Program-made: the position numbers and the translations under genes
From: Octopus vulgaris
Taxonomy: Eukaryota
Assembly (NCBI GenBank): GCA_951406725.2
Contig: OX597834.1
Span: forward strand, 38,502,001 to 38,566,000
Length of the DNA stretch: 64,000 nucleotides
Direction: 5' to 3'
Part shown: positions 13,538-27,475 of the stretch, one piece after another
Layout of the letters: each line of letters begins with the position of its first letter
Position numbering within the stretch: position 1 is the first letter of the stretch
The notes under the pieces: generated by a model
The model's database searches: none
Seen by the model: only the letters and a program-made list of their open reading frames with translations
Told to the model about the DNA's origin: nothing

Positions 13538-14020
13538 GGTGAGAGGGAGGATATAGAGACAGAGACAGAAAGACGGTCATAGACTGAGGAAAGAAAGATG
13601 GAGAGCATGAATGGGTTAACAAGATGTAGGTAAATGGTCGGCGTTGGGGCAAGTGGCTAATAGGGTGAGGTAACTTGATGTGATTGGTGACCGGATATAG
13701 CTGAAGCAGAAGTAGATTTGCGAACAGATGGCGCTGTCGGCGGGAAAGGAGCGGAGTTGGCGAGGATTGTCATTAGCAGATTCCTTTATTGAAGAAAAAA
13801 AAGAAATCAATTGAGATTTAAAGCAGAAGAAATAAAACACTGAGATTGATTTGCTTCGGCTGTAATTAGACATGTAGCAGAGTACTGGATTTATACATGT
13901 GTATATTTCATCGACCCCCATGTAGGACGAGAATCAAAGGCGACCTCTCTGAGATTTAAACTGATATAATAAGGAAACGCTCTTTCTCTCTCTCTCTCTC
14001 TCTCTCCATATATATATCTC

Positions 14021-14244
14021 TTTTCTCTTTTACTTGTTTCAGTCATTTGACTGCGGCCATGCTGGAGCACCGCCTTTTAGTCGAGCAAATCGACCCCGGG
14101 ATTTATTCTTTGTAAGCCCAGTACTTATTCTATCGGTCTCTTTTGCCCAACCGCTAAGTGACGGGGACGTAAACACACCAGCATCGGTTGTCAAGCAATG
14201 CTAGGGGGACAAACACAGACACACAAACACATACACACACACAC

Positions 14245-14282
<38 letters not shown>

Positions 14283-14441
14283 GACAGGCTTCTTTCAGTT
14301 TCCGTCTACCAAATCCACTCACAAGGCATTGGTCGGCCCGGGGCTATAGCAGAAGACACTTGCCCAAGATGCCACGCAGTGGGACTGAATCCGGAACCAT
14401 GTGGTTGGTTAGCAAGCTACTTACCACACAGCCACTCCTGC

Positions 14442-14444
<3 letters not shown>
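14021..14444 (-). mobile_element. SINE family A, full length
   Basis: Complete head ggcgcaggagtggctgtgtggtaag through tail gactgaaacaagtaaaagag. Confidence 0.92.
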
Positions 14445-14516
<72 letters not shown>

Positions 14517-14519
<3 letters not shown>

Positions 14520-14710
14520 TGGGGAAAATTCACAAAAAAAAAAAGAACAAAAGACGAAGACAGGTGGTGTAAACAACAAACAGATGTATTAGTATAACGC
14601 TCGGGAAGTGAAAAAGCCTTTAACGTTTCGAGCCGACGCTCTTCTACAGAAAGGAACACAGAAAGAAACAAGGAGAGAAAATAAAGAATGTGTAGTGGCT
14701 AGCGATCATA
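14517..14710 (-). mobile_element. Short hammerhead-carrying PLE-LTR-like element in (TA)n
   Basis: Homologous to 42684-42856 and 59925-60115; flanked by TA and TACA microsatellites. Confidence 0.75.
14617..14654 (-). ncRNA. Minimal type I hammerhead motif, CUGUAGA variant
   Basis: Minus strand: ccttt-CTGTAGA-a-gagc gtcg gctc-GAAA-cg-TT-aaagg. Confidence 0.7.
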
Positions 14711-14713
14711 TAC

Positions 14714-14748
<35 letters not shown>

Positions 14749-14760
14749 AACACACACACA

Positions 14761-14799
<39 letters not shown>

Positions 14800-14963
14800 G
14801 CACATATATATACATACACACACACATATATATATAAACATATATACATACACACATATATATATATATCTTATTTCGAGCATGCGCATTGTTTGGTTTT
14901 GATTTTGTCGGCTACATAGTATAGTAGGGTCAGCTGGGCACCGTCTGTGAGAAAAACATCACA

Positions 14964-15190
14964 ATGATGCAATTCACTCTGTCAGAAATTTGGAGACGAC
15001 ATGCTGTACTGCTTGGCATTCGCGCCGGAAGCTTCAATACGAACATTTCAGAGTGTTTCGGTGTCAATCTGAGGACATGTACCGAGAGTGATAAAAATTA
15101 AACATCCAGTCAGCATCATGGTGTTTGGAGTGATTATTAGTGATGGCGACGTTATGTCTCCATTTATCTTCCCACATGGCCTTCAACCTC
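14964..15190 (+). mobile_element. Internally deleted Tc1/mariner (DD37D/maT-like) transposase remnant
   Basis: MMQFTLSEIWRRHAVLLGIRAGSFNTNISECFGVNLRT (HTH-like) joined to VPRVIKIKHPVSIMVFGVIISDGDVMSPFIFPHGL (P.SVMV.G.....G motif). Confidence 0.7.
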
Positions 15191-15339
15191 AACTTAGCCC
15201 CACAACCATGGCATAATGCTCCGCTCTCTGAATAGATCTGGACAATTTTACGTCTACAGAAATAGTTTAGTACATTATTGATAATGAGTAATTTGCATAA
15301 TTAAAGCTAAAGGTTAGAGAAAACAGCTCAAAAGACCCA

Positions 15340-15470
15340 GTGACAGCTGATCATTAATCCCAGCAACTAAATTTTCATATTATTAATTATAACAACTAAA
15401 TCTCCGCACAATTATATCTCGACTTTGCAAACCCTTTTGACACGTCAAGGAAATGGAGGTTGTCAATAAT
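15340..15470 (+). mobile_element. Possible CR1/L2-type RT fragment
   Basis: tatctcgactttgcaaacccttttgacacg = YLDFANPFDT, like the YLDF.KAFD motif; very short. Confidence 0.35.
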
Positions 15471-16839
15471 CCATAACTTCAAATTCTTCAGAATCGTTTG
15501 ATCATTGGATCTTCATTGGCACTCAGTTATGCACCAGTACATCATTGTAAACACCAAACCCCGGTTACTAGTTTTCTACAGAGTGTAAGGGCTGACAACG
15601 TTACAGCAGCCATATTGCCTAAGAATGTGAGCATCTAATATTTTAGATGACAGACTCCCAGTCTTAGATTACACAGGAATGCGGCTCGGTCAAACATATA
15701 AACGACATAAAATCTGCATCTAAAAACCGACCACATCTACTCCCTACCTTAGAAATTGTCCCAATGGGACAGTCTTCGTGGACGTTCATCATCACCTACG
15801 GTATCATTAGGTTTCAGCATAGTGTGCTGGCCACAGGTGGACAATTCCGATCGGCTGGATCCCTCTCTATCTACCAAAAGACAACAACAACAAAAGAAAA
15901 TCCGAAAAATCCGAACCTGGTCAAAAGTCACTTGAGCGGCAGGCTCGAGAGTCAAACGGTAATGTTGGTGTTTATCTCCATATCATCTCTGACAGGGCAG
16001 ACCTATGAATAACGATAATCAAGCTGTGACCAGCCAATATTTTTTACAGGCAGCATATTCTGGACTACATTATCAAAAGCGTCCTTCTTTTCATAAAATA
16101 GTTCTATGATGTGGGAGATATTCGGCAGCTTTTTTGTAGCATGTCAGACAATCACGTAGAGACTCCTTCATAGAACAAAGGCGATCACGTAGGCCATATA
16201 CCCATTTACCTAAGTGATGTACGTGCTCACTCAGAAGCTGTACGTTTTCATGTAGGTGGTGTTAACGCTCAAAAAGAGGATACAGATATTCACCAAGGTG
16301 ATGTAAGCATTCCCCTAGCTGACATAGGCGTTCACCAGATCTGCCTGAACTTTCAGAGGCAATTTTCTTAATGATATTGAACCCTCCTCGAGTAAGATCG
16401 TCTTAAGAAGAAAAAAATTAGTAATCTCAAATTAGACAGAGACAACGATAATTCAGATTCATAATTAATTTCTTTTTATTTTCTTTGTAGTGAAGTGTCT
16501 TTTTTATTTGATTTTCTACTTACAACTTTAAATGACATACGCACACACACACACGCAGAAACACATGCACACACTTATATACTGACACTATACACTCACA
16601 CACTTCCACATGCACAGAGACGTACCAACACGCACACGTTCACACACATACATACACACAACGGAAGACAGAGAGAGAGTAGTTTTCAACTATTTATGAA
16701 TTATGCGACAGGTAACATCTGCTGCTTTTATTCATTTGCTTATTAATGCATTATTTGACAATGCATATTAATTCACTAAAGTTCTGAGATTGAGCATTCG
16801 GGTAAAATGCATCAACAAAATTTCAATTTAATTTAATCT

Positions 16840-17135
16840 TTTTTTTTTGTCTTTGGTCAGGAAGCGTTATTTCTTATTCGCTTCTATCTAGAAATCGAAG
16901 GAAATTACAACTGTTCCTTTCAAACTTTGATGTTGTGAGCTGGACATCAATGATTTTGAAACCGACCTATTTTTCCATTACATTTCTGACAGATTCAGCG
17001 CTGAGTTGCCGAAGCAGAAATATCGTTATAACAAATATTTTGCTCAATACCACAGATTTGCTTGACAGTTGCTTGACCTTAACCACTTAGTGACTGACAA
17101 TATGTGCATCTCTGATCATCGGCAGGAGTAGTGAG
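16840..17135 (-). mobile_element. Dispersed repeat family E (A-tailed), inverted relative to the 26770 copy
   Basis: ~290 bp reverse-complement match to 26770-27091, e.g. taccacagatttgcttg and attcagcgctgagttg; T-run here, A-run there. Confidence 0.8.
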
Positions 17136-17264
17136 AGGGGAATTTTGGGGTTTGAATAAATGTAAGTAAAGCAAAGTTTAAAGGCTATATATTAGTCACT
17201 TTTCATACTTTCTTATTTTAATGACTGAAAAAAAGTTGGAAATGTGTATAATATATGATGCTAA

Positions 17265-17500
17265 GACGCTAGTTGTACTCACGATCGCTAGATTGTGTGT
17301 TCGATTCCCTGACTGGGTGGCGCGTTGTGTTCTTGAGCAAAACAATTCATTTCACGTTGTTCTAGTCTCCCTTTCGATCAAGCGGGGTTGGCCTGCTCGC
17401 CTAGCCAGCGGAGTGGCGTCATTTGAAGGCTAAAAACAACGCATTGTGACTAGCGATGTGTAACAATATCTGATAGCCCGGTCGGTCACGTGATCACGTG
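17265..17500 (+). mobile_element. SINE chimera: family C-like 5' part plus family D 3' part
   Basis: gttcttgagcaaaacaattcatttcacgttg (C), then gttggcctgctcgcctagccagcggagtggcgtcatttgaaggctaaa (D, compare 59491-59775). Confidence 0.7.
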
Positions 17501-17991
17501 AAGACGCCAGGGAACTATTGTTATAGGACAGGCAAAGGATTAATAAACCTGTAATTAGGCCCGTCGTGTCATATGAGCCCGTGGCTAAATCACAGGGCTC
17601 GACTTGCAGCCTAATAGGGAAAATGTTTTTCAACAGAGGTGTTTAGACCACATTGAGAATATAAAAGGACAAGCTTATGGTCAGGAAAGTGTGGGCGTAA
17701 GTAATGTATTCAAAATAAAGAATTCAAAAATTCACTTCTTGTACGTCGAGTGTCTCGGGTTACGAAAAAGCAAATTTTTAAAATTCTTTTCGATCTAATT
17801 TTAAATGTTTATTTTTTAAGCACATTACCTACACCTACTTCGTATGTTTCTTGTCTCTCTACCCTCATCCTGAGAATTATCTAAATCCCTTCTCAGAGAA
17901 TTATCTAAATCCCTCAGATGAAGTATTACTCCTGAAAAGTCAGAATCTTATTCTAACAAAATACAAAGTTATTCAAACCCACCACACACAT

Positions 17992-18399
17992 TACTCTTTT
18001 ACTTGTTTCAGTCATTTGACTGTGGCCATGCTGGAGCACCGCCTTTAGTCGAGCAAATCGACTCCGGAACTTATTCTTTGTAAGCCCAGTACTTATTCTA
18101 TCGGTCTCTTTTACCGAACGGCTAAGTTACGGGGACGTAAACACACCAGCATCGGTTGTCAAACTATGTTGGTGGGGGGACAAACACAGATACACAAACA
18201 CATACACACATATATATATACATATACATATATACGACGGGCTTCTTTTCACTTTCCGTCTACCAAATCTACTCACAAGGCTTTGGTCGGCCCAAGGCTA
18301 TAGTAGAAGATACTTGCCCAAGGTGCTACGCAGTGGGACTGAACCCGTAACCATGTGGTTGGCAAGCAAGCTACTTACCACACAGACACTCTTGCGCCT
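17992..18399 (-). mobile_element. SINE family A, full length
   Basis: Same head, internal microsatellite and tail as the other copies. Confidence 0.92.
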
Positions 18400-19894
18400 A
18401 TAAATTTTGTATATCTTTGAGAGAAACTTTATCCTGTTTCCTTGTCTTTGAATTTTACATACATACATACATACATACATACACACATACATACATAATA
18501 CATACATACATACACACATACATACATACATACATACATACATACATACATACATACATACATACACACATACATACATACATACATACATATATACAAC
18601 ATACATGCATACACACATACATACACATACATACACGCATACACACATACATACATACATATATACATACATACATGCATACACACATACATACATGCAT
18701 ACATACATACATACATACATACATACATACATACATACATACATACATACATACGTAATATATATACACGTATATACATATTTGTGTGTGTGTGTGTGTG
18801 TGTGAGTGTGTATGTGTGTATATGCGTGTATGTGTGTGTGTGCGCGCGTATCTGCATGTGTGTGTGAGAAAGTGTGTGTGTATGCGTATGTGCGTGCCTG
18901 CGTGTGAGTGTAGGTGAGCTTGTCCATTTCATTGTACTTTATGGTTTATCAGGATTATATTGTTTCCAGTTTCATGGCACTAAAATCATAAAACTTTTTT
19001 GTTCGGTATTTCAAGTTAGTTCGACACCCTTTGGAGAGGATTTACTTTTACGTATATGGCCATTATTTTCAATGTCCAGTTTCTATACGCTGTTCTGCTA
19101 AGAGGTTGTGCCTTGTTGTGTTTCATTTGTAAATTCATTGATTGTTGTATCCATTCATCGTTGTTTTTTTTTTTACCCATGCGACTATTTTACTTTAATT
19201 CACGTCTTTTAGTTTCCGTTACTATTTCGTCACTTTTCTTAAATCACTTCGGTTGCTGACTTACTTTCGCTTATCGATGTTTTAATCATATCTTGTTTTG
19301 TAAAAATTGTTTACTCCGAATATTAGTTTTCATCAGAATTCAGTGACTGTCCTACCTTTTCTGTCGTTTACGCCAACACATCCTATGTTACAATAATTGC
19401 TTGACTGTATCTCTCTTGGGTCAGTTTCAGTATTTATCTTGTATCTATCCATCGATTACGTCATTATATCCAGTTAAAAAAGAACTTGTGACTAAATCTA
19501 TTTCGCGTTGTTATTTTGTTTCTGATGTCATTAGCAATGTTTTATCCCATACTCTCTGTTTAAATTTTTACCGGATGTCTCTAAATTATTATACTGTTAC
19601 GGAAATTAATCTGTTGGTCACATTGTTTTGTTGTTTTAAGGGTTTTGATAATGACGAAGCACCACTGGAATTTCCGTTGATTCTACGCCATCAGACGTTG
19701 ACCCAATGTGCAATTCTTAGAAATAAATTTATTCTCGTGTCTACAATGTAACACAATTTATCTTTCCGTTGGGCAAGCACATTTAACGTTTAAACATGTT
19801 TCATTTCCCATGGTACATAAGGAGGTGCCACGTCCTAGAACTATTAGCACAAAGAGTGGCACAATATATATTAGAGCCCAGTTTATCTTTTTAT

Positions 19895-20290
19895 CTTTTA
19901 TCTTCTACTTGTTTCACTCATTAGGGTATGGCCATGCTGGGGACCATCCTTGGAGAATTTTTAGTCATATGAATCACCCCCAGTATTCATTATTTAAAGC
20001 CGGGTACTTGTTCTGTCGGTCTCTTTTTACCGAGCCGCTAATTTACGGGGACGTAAACACACCAATGACGGTTGTCTAGCAGTAGTGTGGGACAAACCTA
20101 AACACACACACACACACATACACACAAACGCATATATGTGACGGGCTTTTTTCAGTTTCTTTCTACCAAATCTGCTGACAAGGCTTTGGTCGTCTCGAGG
20201 CTATAGAAGAAGACACTTGCCCAAGGTACCACACAGTGGGACTGAACACAGAACCATGTGGGTGGGAAACAAATTTCTTACCATACAGCC
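19895..20290 (-). mobile_element. SINE family A, diverged
   Basis: gaagacacttgcccaaggtaccacacagtgggactgaac... Confidence 0.85.
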
Positions 20291-20729
20291 AATTCTAACT
20301 TTCCTCTTTTTTCTTCTTTTCTTCTTTTTGTTTTTTCAGTTTCATTGTAGACTGGTGCCACCTGATCGTATAGTTTTGTCGGAGGACGTTATAACGATTC
20401 CCTGGTTCGTGTTGTCAACTAGATTCATTACTTAATGAACTCATACTGAAGCATTTGTTCTGTTTCCTATAAGGACAGTGACATTATGTGCTTCAGTATA
20501 TTTATTGTAGTTAAATTGGTTTGTAGCACGGATGCTCTCAGGTACATGTAATGTATGTGAGTGTGTGTGTGTCTGTGTGTGTTTGGAGGGGGATGGCAGG
20601 CGGAGATAGTGAGAGAGTATGTGTGTATGCACAAACTCTCATACACGTAAGAAAATATGCCACAACAATAAAACAACAGGATTGCAAATAAGAACAGCCA
20701 TAAATAGCATAGCTAAAATAATATTTTCT

Positions 20730-21669
20730 TTTAAAGGCACATGGCCTGAAATTTTAGGTGAGGGTACTAGTCGATTATATCGACCCCAGTACGCAACTGG
20801 TATTTAATTTATCTACCCCGAAAAGAAGTACAGCAAAGTTGACCTCGGCGGAATTTGAACTCAATAACGTAAAGACGGATGAAATACCTATTTCTTTACT
20901 ACCCACAAAGGGCTAAACACAGAGGGGACAAACACGGAAAGACAAAAGGATTAAGTCAATTACATCGACCCCAGTGCGTAACTGGTACTTATTTAATCGA
21001 CCCCGAAATGATGAAAGGCAAATCGACCTCGGCGGAATTTGAACTCAGAACGTAACGTCAGACGAAATACCTATTTCTTTACTACCCACAAGGGGCTAAA
21101 CACAGAGGGGACAAACAAGGACAGACAAACGGATTAAGTCGATTATATCGACCCCAGTGCATAACTGGTATTTGTTTAATCAACCCCGGAAGGATGAAAG
21201 GCAAAGTCGACCTCGGCGGAATTTGAACTCAGAACGTATCGTCAGACGAAATACCTATTTCTTTACTACCCACAAGGGGCTAAACACAGAGGGGACAAAC
21301 AAGGACAGACAAACGGATTAAGTCGATTATATCGACCCCAGTGCATAACTGGTATTTGTTTAATCAACCCCGGAAGGATGAAAGGCAAAGTCGACCTCGG
21401 CGGAATTTGAACTCAGAACATAGCAGCAGACGAAATACCTATTTCTTTATTACCCACAAGGGGCTAAACATAGAGGGGACAAACAAGAACAGACATAGGT
21501 ATTAAGTCGATTACATCGACCCCAGTGCGTAACTGGTACTTAATTTATCGACCCCGAAAGGATGAAAGGCAAAGTCGACCTCGGCGGAATTTGAACTCAG
21601 AACGTTGCGGCAGACGAAATACCGCTAAGCATTTCGCCCGGCATGCTAACGATTCTGCCAGCTCGCCGA
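20730..21669 (-). mobile_element. Tandem array of SINE family B units (184-bp period)
   Basis: cagacgaaatacc at 21059, 21243, 21427 and 21611. The only complete head (ggcgagctggcagaatcgttagc) is at ~21669. Confidence 0.92.
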
Positions 21670-22282
21670 TAAAAAGAGGTTTTTCTTTTTTTTGTCCACC
21701 TTCTCCATCATCGTTATCATTATTATTACTAAAATGAGGATAATCACCCCCCCCCCCCCACCATCATAAGTCTTCTCTCTATCACTTATCACATTCTTCG
21801 TAGCAATTTCATCTCTCGTTTCTCATACAACTTCCATTTCTTTAGAATAGTCACAGTTGCTTTTATCGCAGTTGCCATCACCATCGCCGCCCCCGTCATC
21901 GACACAACCATCACAACCATCACCACCACCATCATCATCATCATCATCGCGATCATCATCACCACCATCTCCATCTCCGTCGTCATCATCTGATTATCAG
22001 TCTCCGTTATTCAGCGTTATTTCTCTTCTCTCCCACTGTCACCTTATTCCCCTCCACCTCCTCGTTGCCCCACCACCACCACCACCACCCGCTACCTCTT
22101 CTCTTTTCTTTATTTTCCACTCCCATTCCTTCTACTTCATTTCTCTTGTCAAATGTCAAACTACAACAACAACAACGACAACACCAACAGCACCAACAAC
22201 AACAACAATAACAAAAATAAGGAAAGAAGCAATTTTCATCGTCTTTTTGATTAACGGAGACGATACACACGCACACACACAT

Positions 22283-22326
<44 letters not shown>

Positions 22327-22539
22327 CACACACGCACTCACACATACACAAACACACATGTGCACGCACAAAACACGCGTAGACGTTAGGTTCAAACACA
22401 CGCGCAGGAACATGCACGCACGCACACACAAACACACACACATACACGCATACACATACACACACACACATACACGCACACACACGCACGCACGCATATA
22501 CCCATACACACGCACGCACACAGACACACCGAGCCACTC

Positions 22540-23000
22540 TGTTACGCAATTACACACCTGATAAGCAAGCAATTCCTCGAATACACGTGCTTGCCTCTAG
22601 AATCGATATTGCGTAATAATCATTGTATTCAAAACCGCACTCGTCAATCGCCCCAACAACCAGCCCTTTTTCTTTTCTCCTTCTTCTCCCTTTTCCTCCT
22701 GCTCCTCCTCCCCGTCGTCGTCGTCATCATCATCATCATCATCATTGTTGTCATTGTCATGTCACAAACGTTAGACGTCTTTTACAATCCATTCTTTCAT
22801 CTGTCCTCTCCTGCTCTCTCCCTATTTTCTCCCCCCCTCTCTCAATCTCTCTCTCTTTCCTTCTAACTCCCTCCCTCCCTTTCTACTTTCCCCTCTCGCA
22901 GTTACGTCACGAATCTCTAGTCCTTTTATAAGAGAAAGTCTATCCAAGGTTTCAATGACGTCATCATCGTGTATTTCCGTTCTGTGACGTCGACGTTTTC
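22540..23000. promoter_or_regulatory. Candidate bZIP-site (CRE, C/EBP-PAR) cluster with TATA-like element
   Basis: TTACGCAA 22542, CACGTG 22584, TTGCGTAA 22609, TTACGTCA 22902, TATAAAAGG on minus 22930-22922, TGACGTCA 22956, TGACGTC 22985. Confidence 0.35.
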
Positions 23001-23416
23001 CCTTTCCGTTGCTGCATCAACCAGTTTCGTAACTGCTGAGCATAATTTTCTTTTATCTCTTCAATACGTATGCGTACGTGCGGACGTGCGTATGTGTAAG
23101 TCTGATTGTGTGTATATTGGAATGTGTGTGTGTGTGTTTGTGTGTGTACATGTATAAGCGAGCCTGTTTAAGAAGTGTTTGTATATATGTGTGTTCATGT
23201 ATGTGATTTTTGCCTGTATATTTGTATATGTATTATATATGTGTATGTATATGTATATGTGAATGGGTGGATGTTTGTATGTGTAAATAAGAATGTGTCT
23301 ATGCAATCACATTTTATGCAAATATACTTATCTGTGTCCTATCCTTGTCGATTTATAAGTGTGTATGCATGTCTCTGTTATTATGTGAGCGAATGTGTGT
23401 ATGTAGGTATGTGCGA

Positions 23417-23472
<56 letters not shown>

Positions 23473-23570
23473 ATATATGCATTATGTATATTGGATATAA
23501 GTATAAATACTAGTGTATATGTAAGTATGTGTGTATTTGTATATGTTTGTTCATATATACATTTGTGTGA

Positions 23571-23913
<343 letters not shown>

Positions 23914-24046
23914 GTACGAAAATCTTAGTACACAAAGATGACATATTAACATTATGGCGAGATAAAACAAGAATAACAAACAAACAGCTAAACAAATAAA
24001 ACAAATAAACGAAAGTGAAACAGAGACACGAGCAATAAGAGAGAAG

Positions 24047-24082
<36 letters not shown>

Positions 24083-24445
24083 GAGAGAGAAAGAGATAGG
24101 GAGGGATGGATGGAAAGAAGGAAGGAAGGAGGGGAGGAGGGGGAGTCTTTACTATCACAAAAACAACAACAACAACAATAACAATGGTTGCTGCTGTTTC
24201 TGCAACAACAACAACAGCAATAACAGCTGCTACTGCTGGTGCTGCTGCTGGTGGTGCTGATGTCTCTGTAACAACAACAACAACAACAGCAGCAGCTGCC
24301 GTTTCTGCAACAACAACAACGACGGCGACGGCGACGAGGAGAGAAACAGTCACAACATTCTTACATAATTAGCTGAAGGAAATAGAATTGTCAAGAAAAA
24401 TAATTTGTAGTAAAATAAATTGCTAAATGTCGTTTGAAGATATAA

Positions 24446-24491
<46 letters not shown>

Positions 24492-24704
24492 AAACTCACG
24501 AACATAGCTGTATGTGTGTGTTTATTCATATGTACACATACACACACACGCATACACATGCACACATAAACATGCACATACACACATATATATATATATA
24601 TATATAAACGTGCGTGTGCACATGCAATATATATACATATGCACACATTCTTAGGCGTATGTGCGTGTGAATACATATACATACAACCATGTGTGTGTAT
24701 ATAC

Positions 24705-24735
<31 letters not shown>

Positions 24736-25722
24736 CGCTCACATATATATATATATACATACATATATACATACATACATATAAATATATATAAATACAC
24801 ACACACATATATAAACATACATACATACATACATACATACATACATACATACATACATACATACATACATACATACATACATACATACATACATACATAC
24901 ATACATACATACATACATACATACATACATACATACATGCATACATACATATATATATACATAAAGAGAAAGAGAGGTGTGTACGCATATAAATATATAT
25001 AAATATATATATATGTATATACTCACACATACACACACATACACAAACACAGATAAATATACATATGCTCGCGCACATGTAGGCACACAACTATTGTAGA
25101 CACGAATAAAAGCTGAATGTAGAACTATGCACTCACATACTTGCATGCACGCACCAGCACTCTAGTAAACGTGCACGTCACTGCACTCATGCATACACTT
25201 TCATACCTATACAGATAGATAGCTAGATAGATGGATAGATAGGTAGATGGGTAGATAGGTAGGTAGGTACGTAGGTAGCTAGGTGGAGATTCATTCATAG
25301 ACAGAATAACACATATTCACACACACACACACAAACACTCGCATGCACGCATGTACATACGTACTCACGCAGTGCGTGAATGAGAGTATGTGATGTGTGT
25401 GCGTGTATGAATTGTATGCGCGTTGCATAAGTTTCGAGTATTTCTGTCGTGTGTAGGTGTATATGTTTTAATATATTACGTTAACTCTATTACTTCATAC
25501 AATGTTGATAAGACAAGCACATGTCTCCTTTATATATTTAATTTTGAGCTTTTCTAGAAGTTTATTTCTACATTATAAAGTGATAGATAAAAAAAAAACA
25601 ATATGGCTTCTCACATCATATTGTCTACAAATTTCCCATTGGTTTAGACTCGTTATCAAGTATTTATTGAAGATGATATGTCATACAGTAAATAATAAAT
25701 ACTAGATGAAAGATATAAGCAT

Positions 25723-25753
<31 letters not shown>

Positions 25754-25988
25754 TACAATGCATACATAGACATATATATATATATATATATACACACACA
25801 TATATATATACATATATATATATATACACATATATATACATATATATACACACATATATATACATATATATACACACACATATATATATACACACATATA
25901 TATATACATTCATGCTTGTTTGAGTGAGTACGTGTGCGCGTATGTGTGCCTGAGTGCGTGTGTCTGTGTCAGTGTGTGTGTGTGTGTT

Positions 25989-26036
<48 letters not shown>

Positions 26037-26769
26037 TGTTTACTGAGTAGCTTTGGTGTCTTGTTACATCTAAATCGACATGCAGTGGGCATCAGAGCAT
26101 GTGCGAAAGCTGCTACTGTAGAATCGCAAATGGCGCTCACATCCTGTTACTTGTCAGCCGAGAGCAGGACATTCTGGATTTATGAGCATTACTTCAACCA
26201 TTCTCTATCTCTTTATCTCTTATCTTTTAACACAATGACATTATCGTGAAGAGATTTTATCTATAATACTGTGTTCTGAATGGTGACTGTGTGTATAGAG
26301 TTTCTTTCGAAACAAGTGCATAGTGTACTACTATACAGTGAAATGTCTACTAAAACGCATATTTCTTTCGCCAGTATCCACTGTGTTTGACATGTGCTTC
26401 GCGATCGAGAAATCTCGAGCAAGTAACGTCAACCAGAAATGTTATATTTCACTACTTTTTCGCAAATAATTAATCTCAATTTGTAAATTTTTGGTCCCCT
26501 CGTTTACTATAAGTTGACAAGCTTTGCAGATTAAATTGAGAACTGGATGAAAACCCGACAGATGGAGCGAGTGTACATTTATCTCAAATAATATAGAAAG
26601 ACAACAGGGTGATACTGTTAGTAGGAGAAGTTAGGAAGGTAAAGGAGGAAGATGTTGTACTGTAGCTGAATAAATTAAGGTAAGTTAAGACAAGTTAAAA
26701 GAAGTTAAAATTAATTAAGAACAAGTTAACTCAACTGTCCATCCATGTCACACATGTGGTGTCACGCTG

Positions 26770-27064
26770 ATTCTTCTGCTCATCTTCAGAGATTCACATA
26801 TTGTCAGCCACTAAGGGACATGCTCGAGTGGTTAAGGTCACGCCACTGACAAGCAAATCTGTGGTATTCAACAGAATGTTTGCTATAACGATATTTCTGC
26901 TTCAGCAACTCAGCGCTGAATGTCTGAAATGTAATGGAAAATAGGTCAATTTCAAAGCATTGATGATGTCCAGGTCACAAAAGCAAAGTTTGAAGGGAAT
27001 AGTAGTCACTTCCTTTGATTTCTAGATAGTAGCAAATAGGAAATAACACTTGTTGACCTAAGAC

Positions 27065-27091
<27 letters not shown>
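26770..27091 (+). mobile_element. Dispersed repeat family E with poly(A) tail
   Basis: Matches 16840-17135 in reverse; ends gacctaagac followed by an A run. Confidence 0.8.
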
Positions 27092-27108
<17 letters not shown>

Positions 27109-27129
27109 TATACAGTGTTATTCCATGCT

Positions 27130-27450
27130 GAACTTAAAATCAGAGCTTAAGGGTGATTATAGTGAAGAATGGTTTTTAAGGTTTAAGAAGCGTCATGGAA
27201 TTTCCATGCAAACCAAGAAAGAATTGACAAGTAAGTGGACACATTTGCCAAACTTATCACTAAGAACCTGGGCCTTGAGCAGATGTATAACATAGATGAA
27301 ACTGCATTATACTTGAAAACCATCGGTAGGCTAGAGATCGAAAAAAGACCCACATCATTCATATTGTCTATGGATGGATTTAGAAGCCAAGAGTGCTCAT
27401 ATGCAGGAGGCATAAACAAATACAACCCAAGGCTGATAGGAAGAAAGTGA
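27130..27450 (+). mobile_element. Tigger/pogo (CENP-B-like DDE_1) transposase fragment
   Basis: WFLRFKKRHGI and EQMYNIDETALY motifs, with frameshifts. Confidence 0.75.
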
Positions 27451-27475
27451 ATTCCCTCGTATCTTGGGAGGTTTT

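Noticed and set aside
20730-21669. CRISPR-like regular repeats (also 11435-11900)
   Set aside because: The units repeat in full with no unique spacers; the context is eukaryotic and there are no cas genes.
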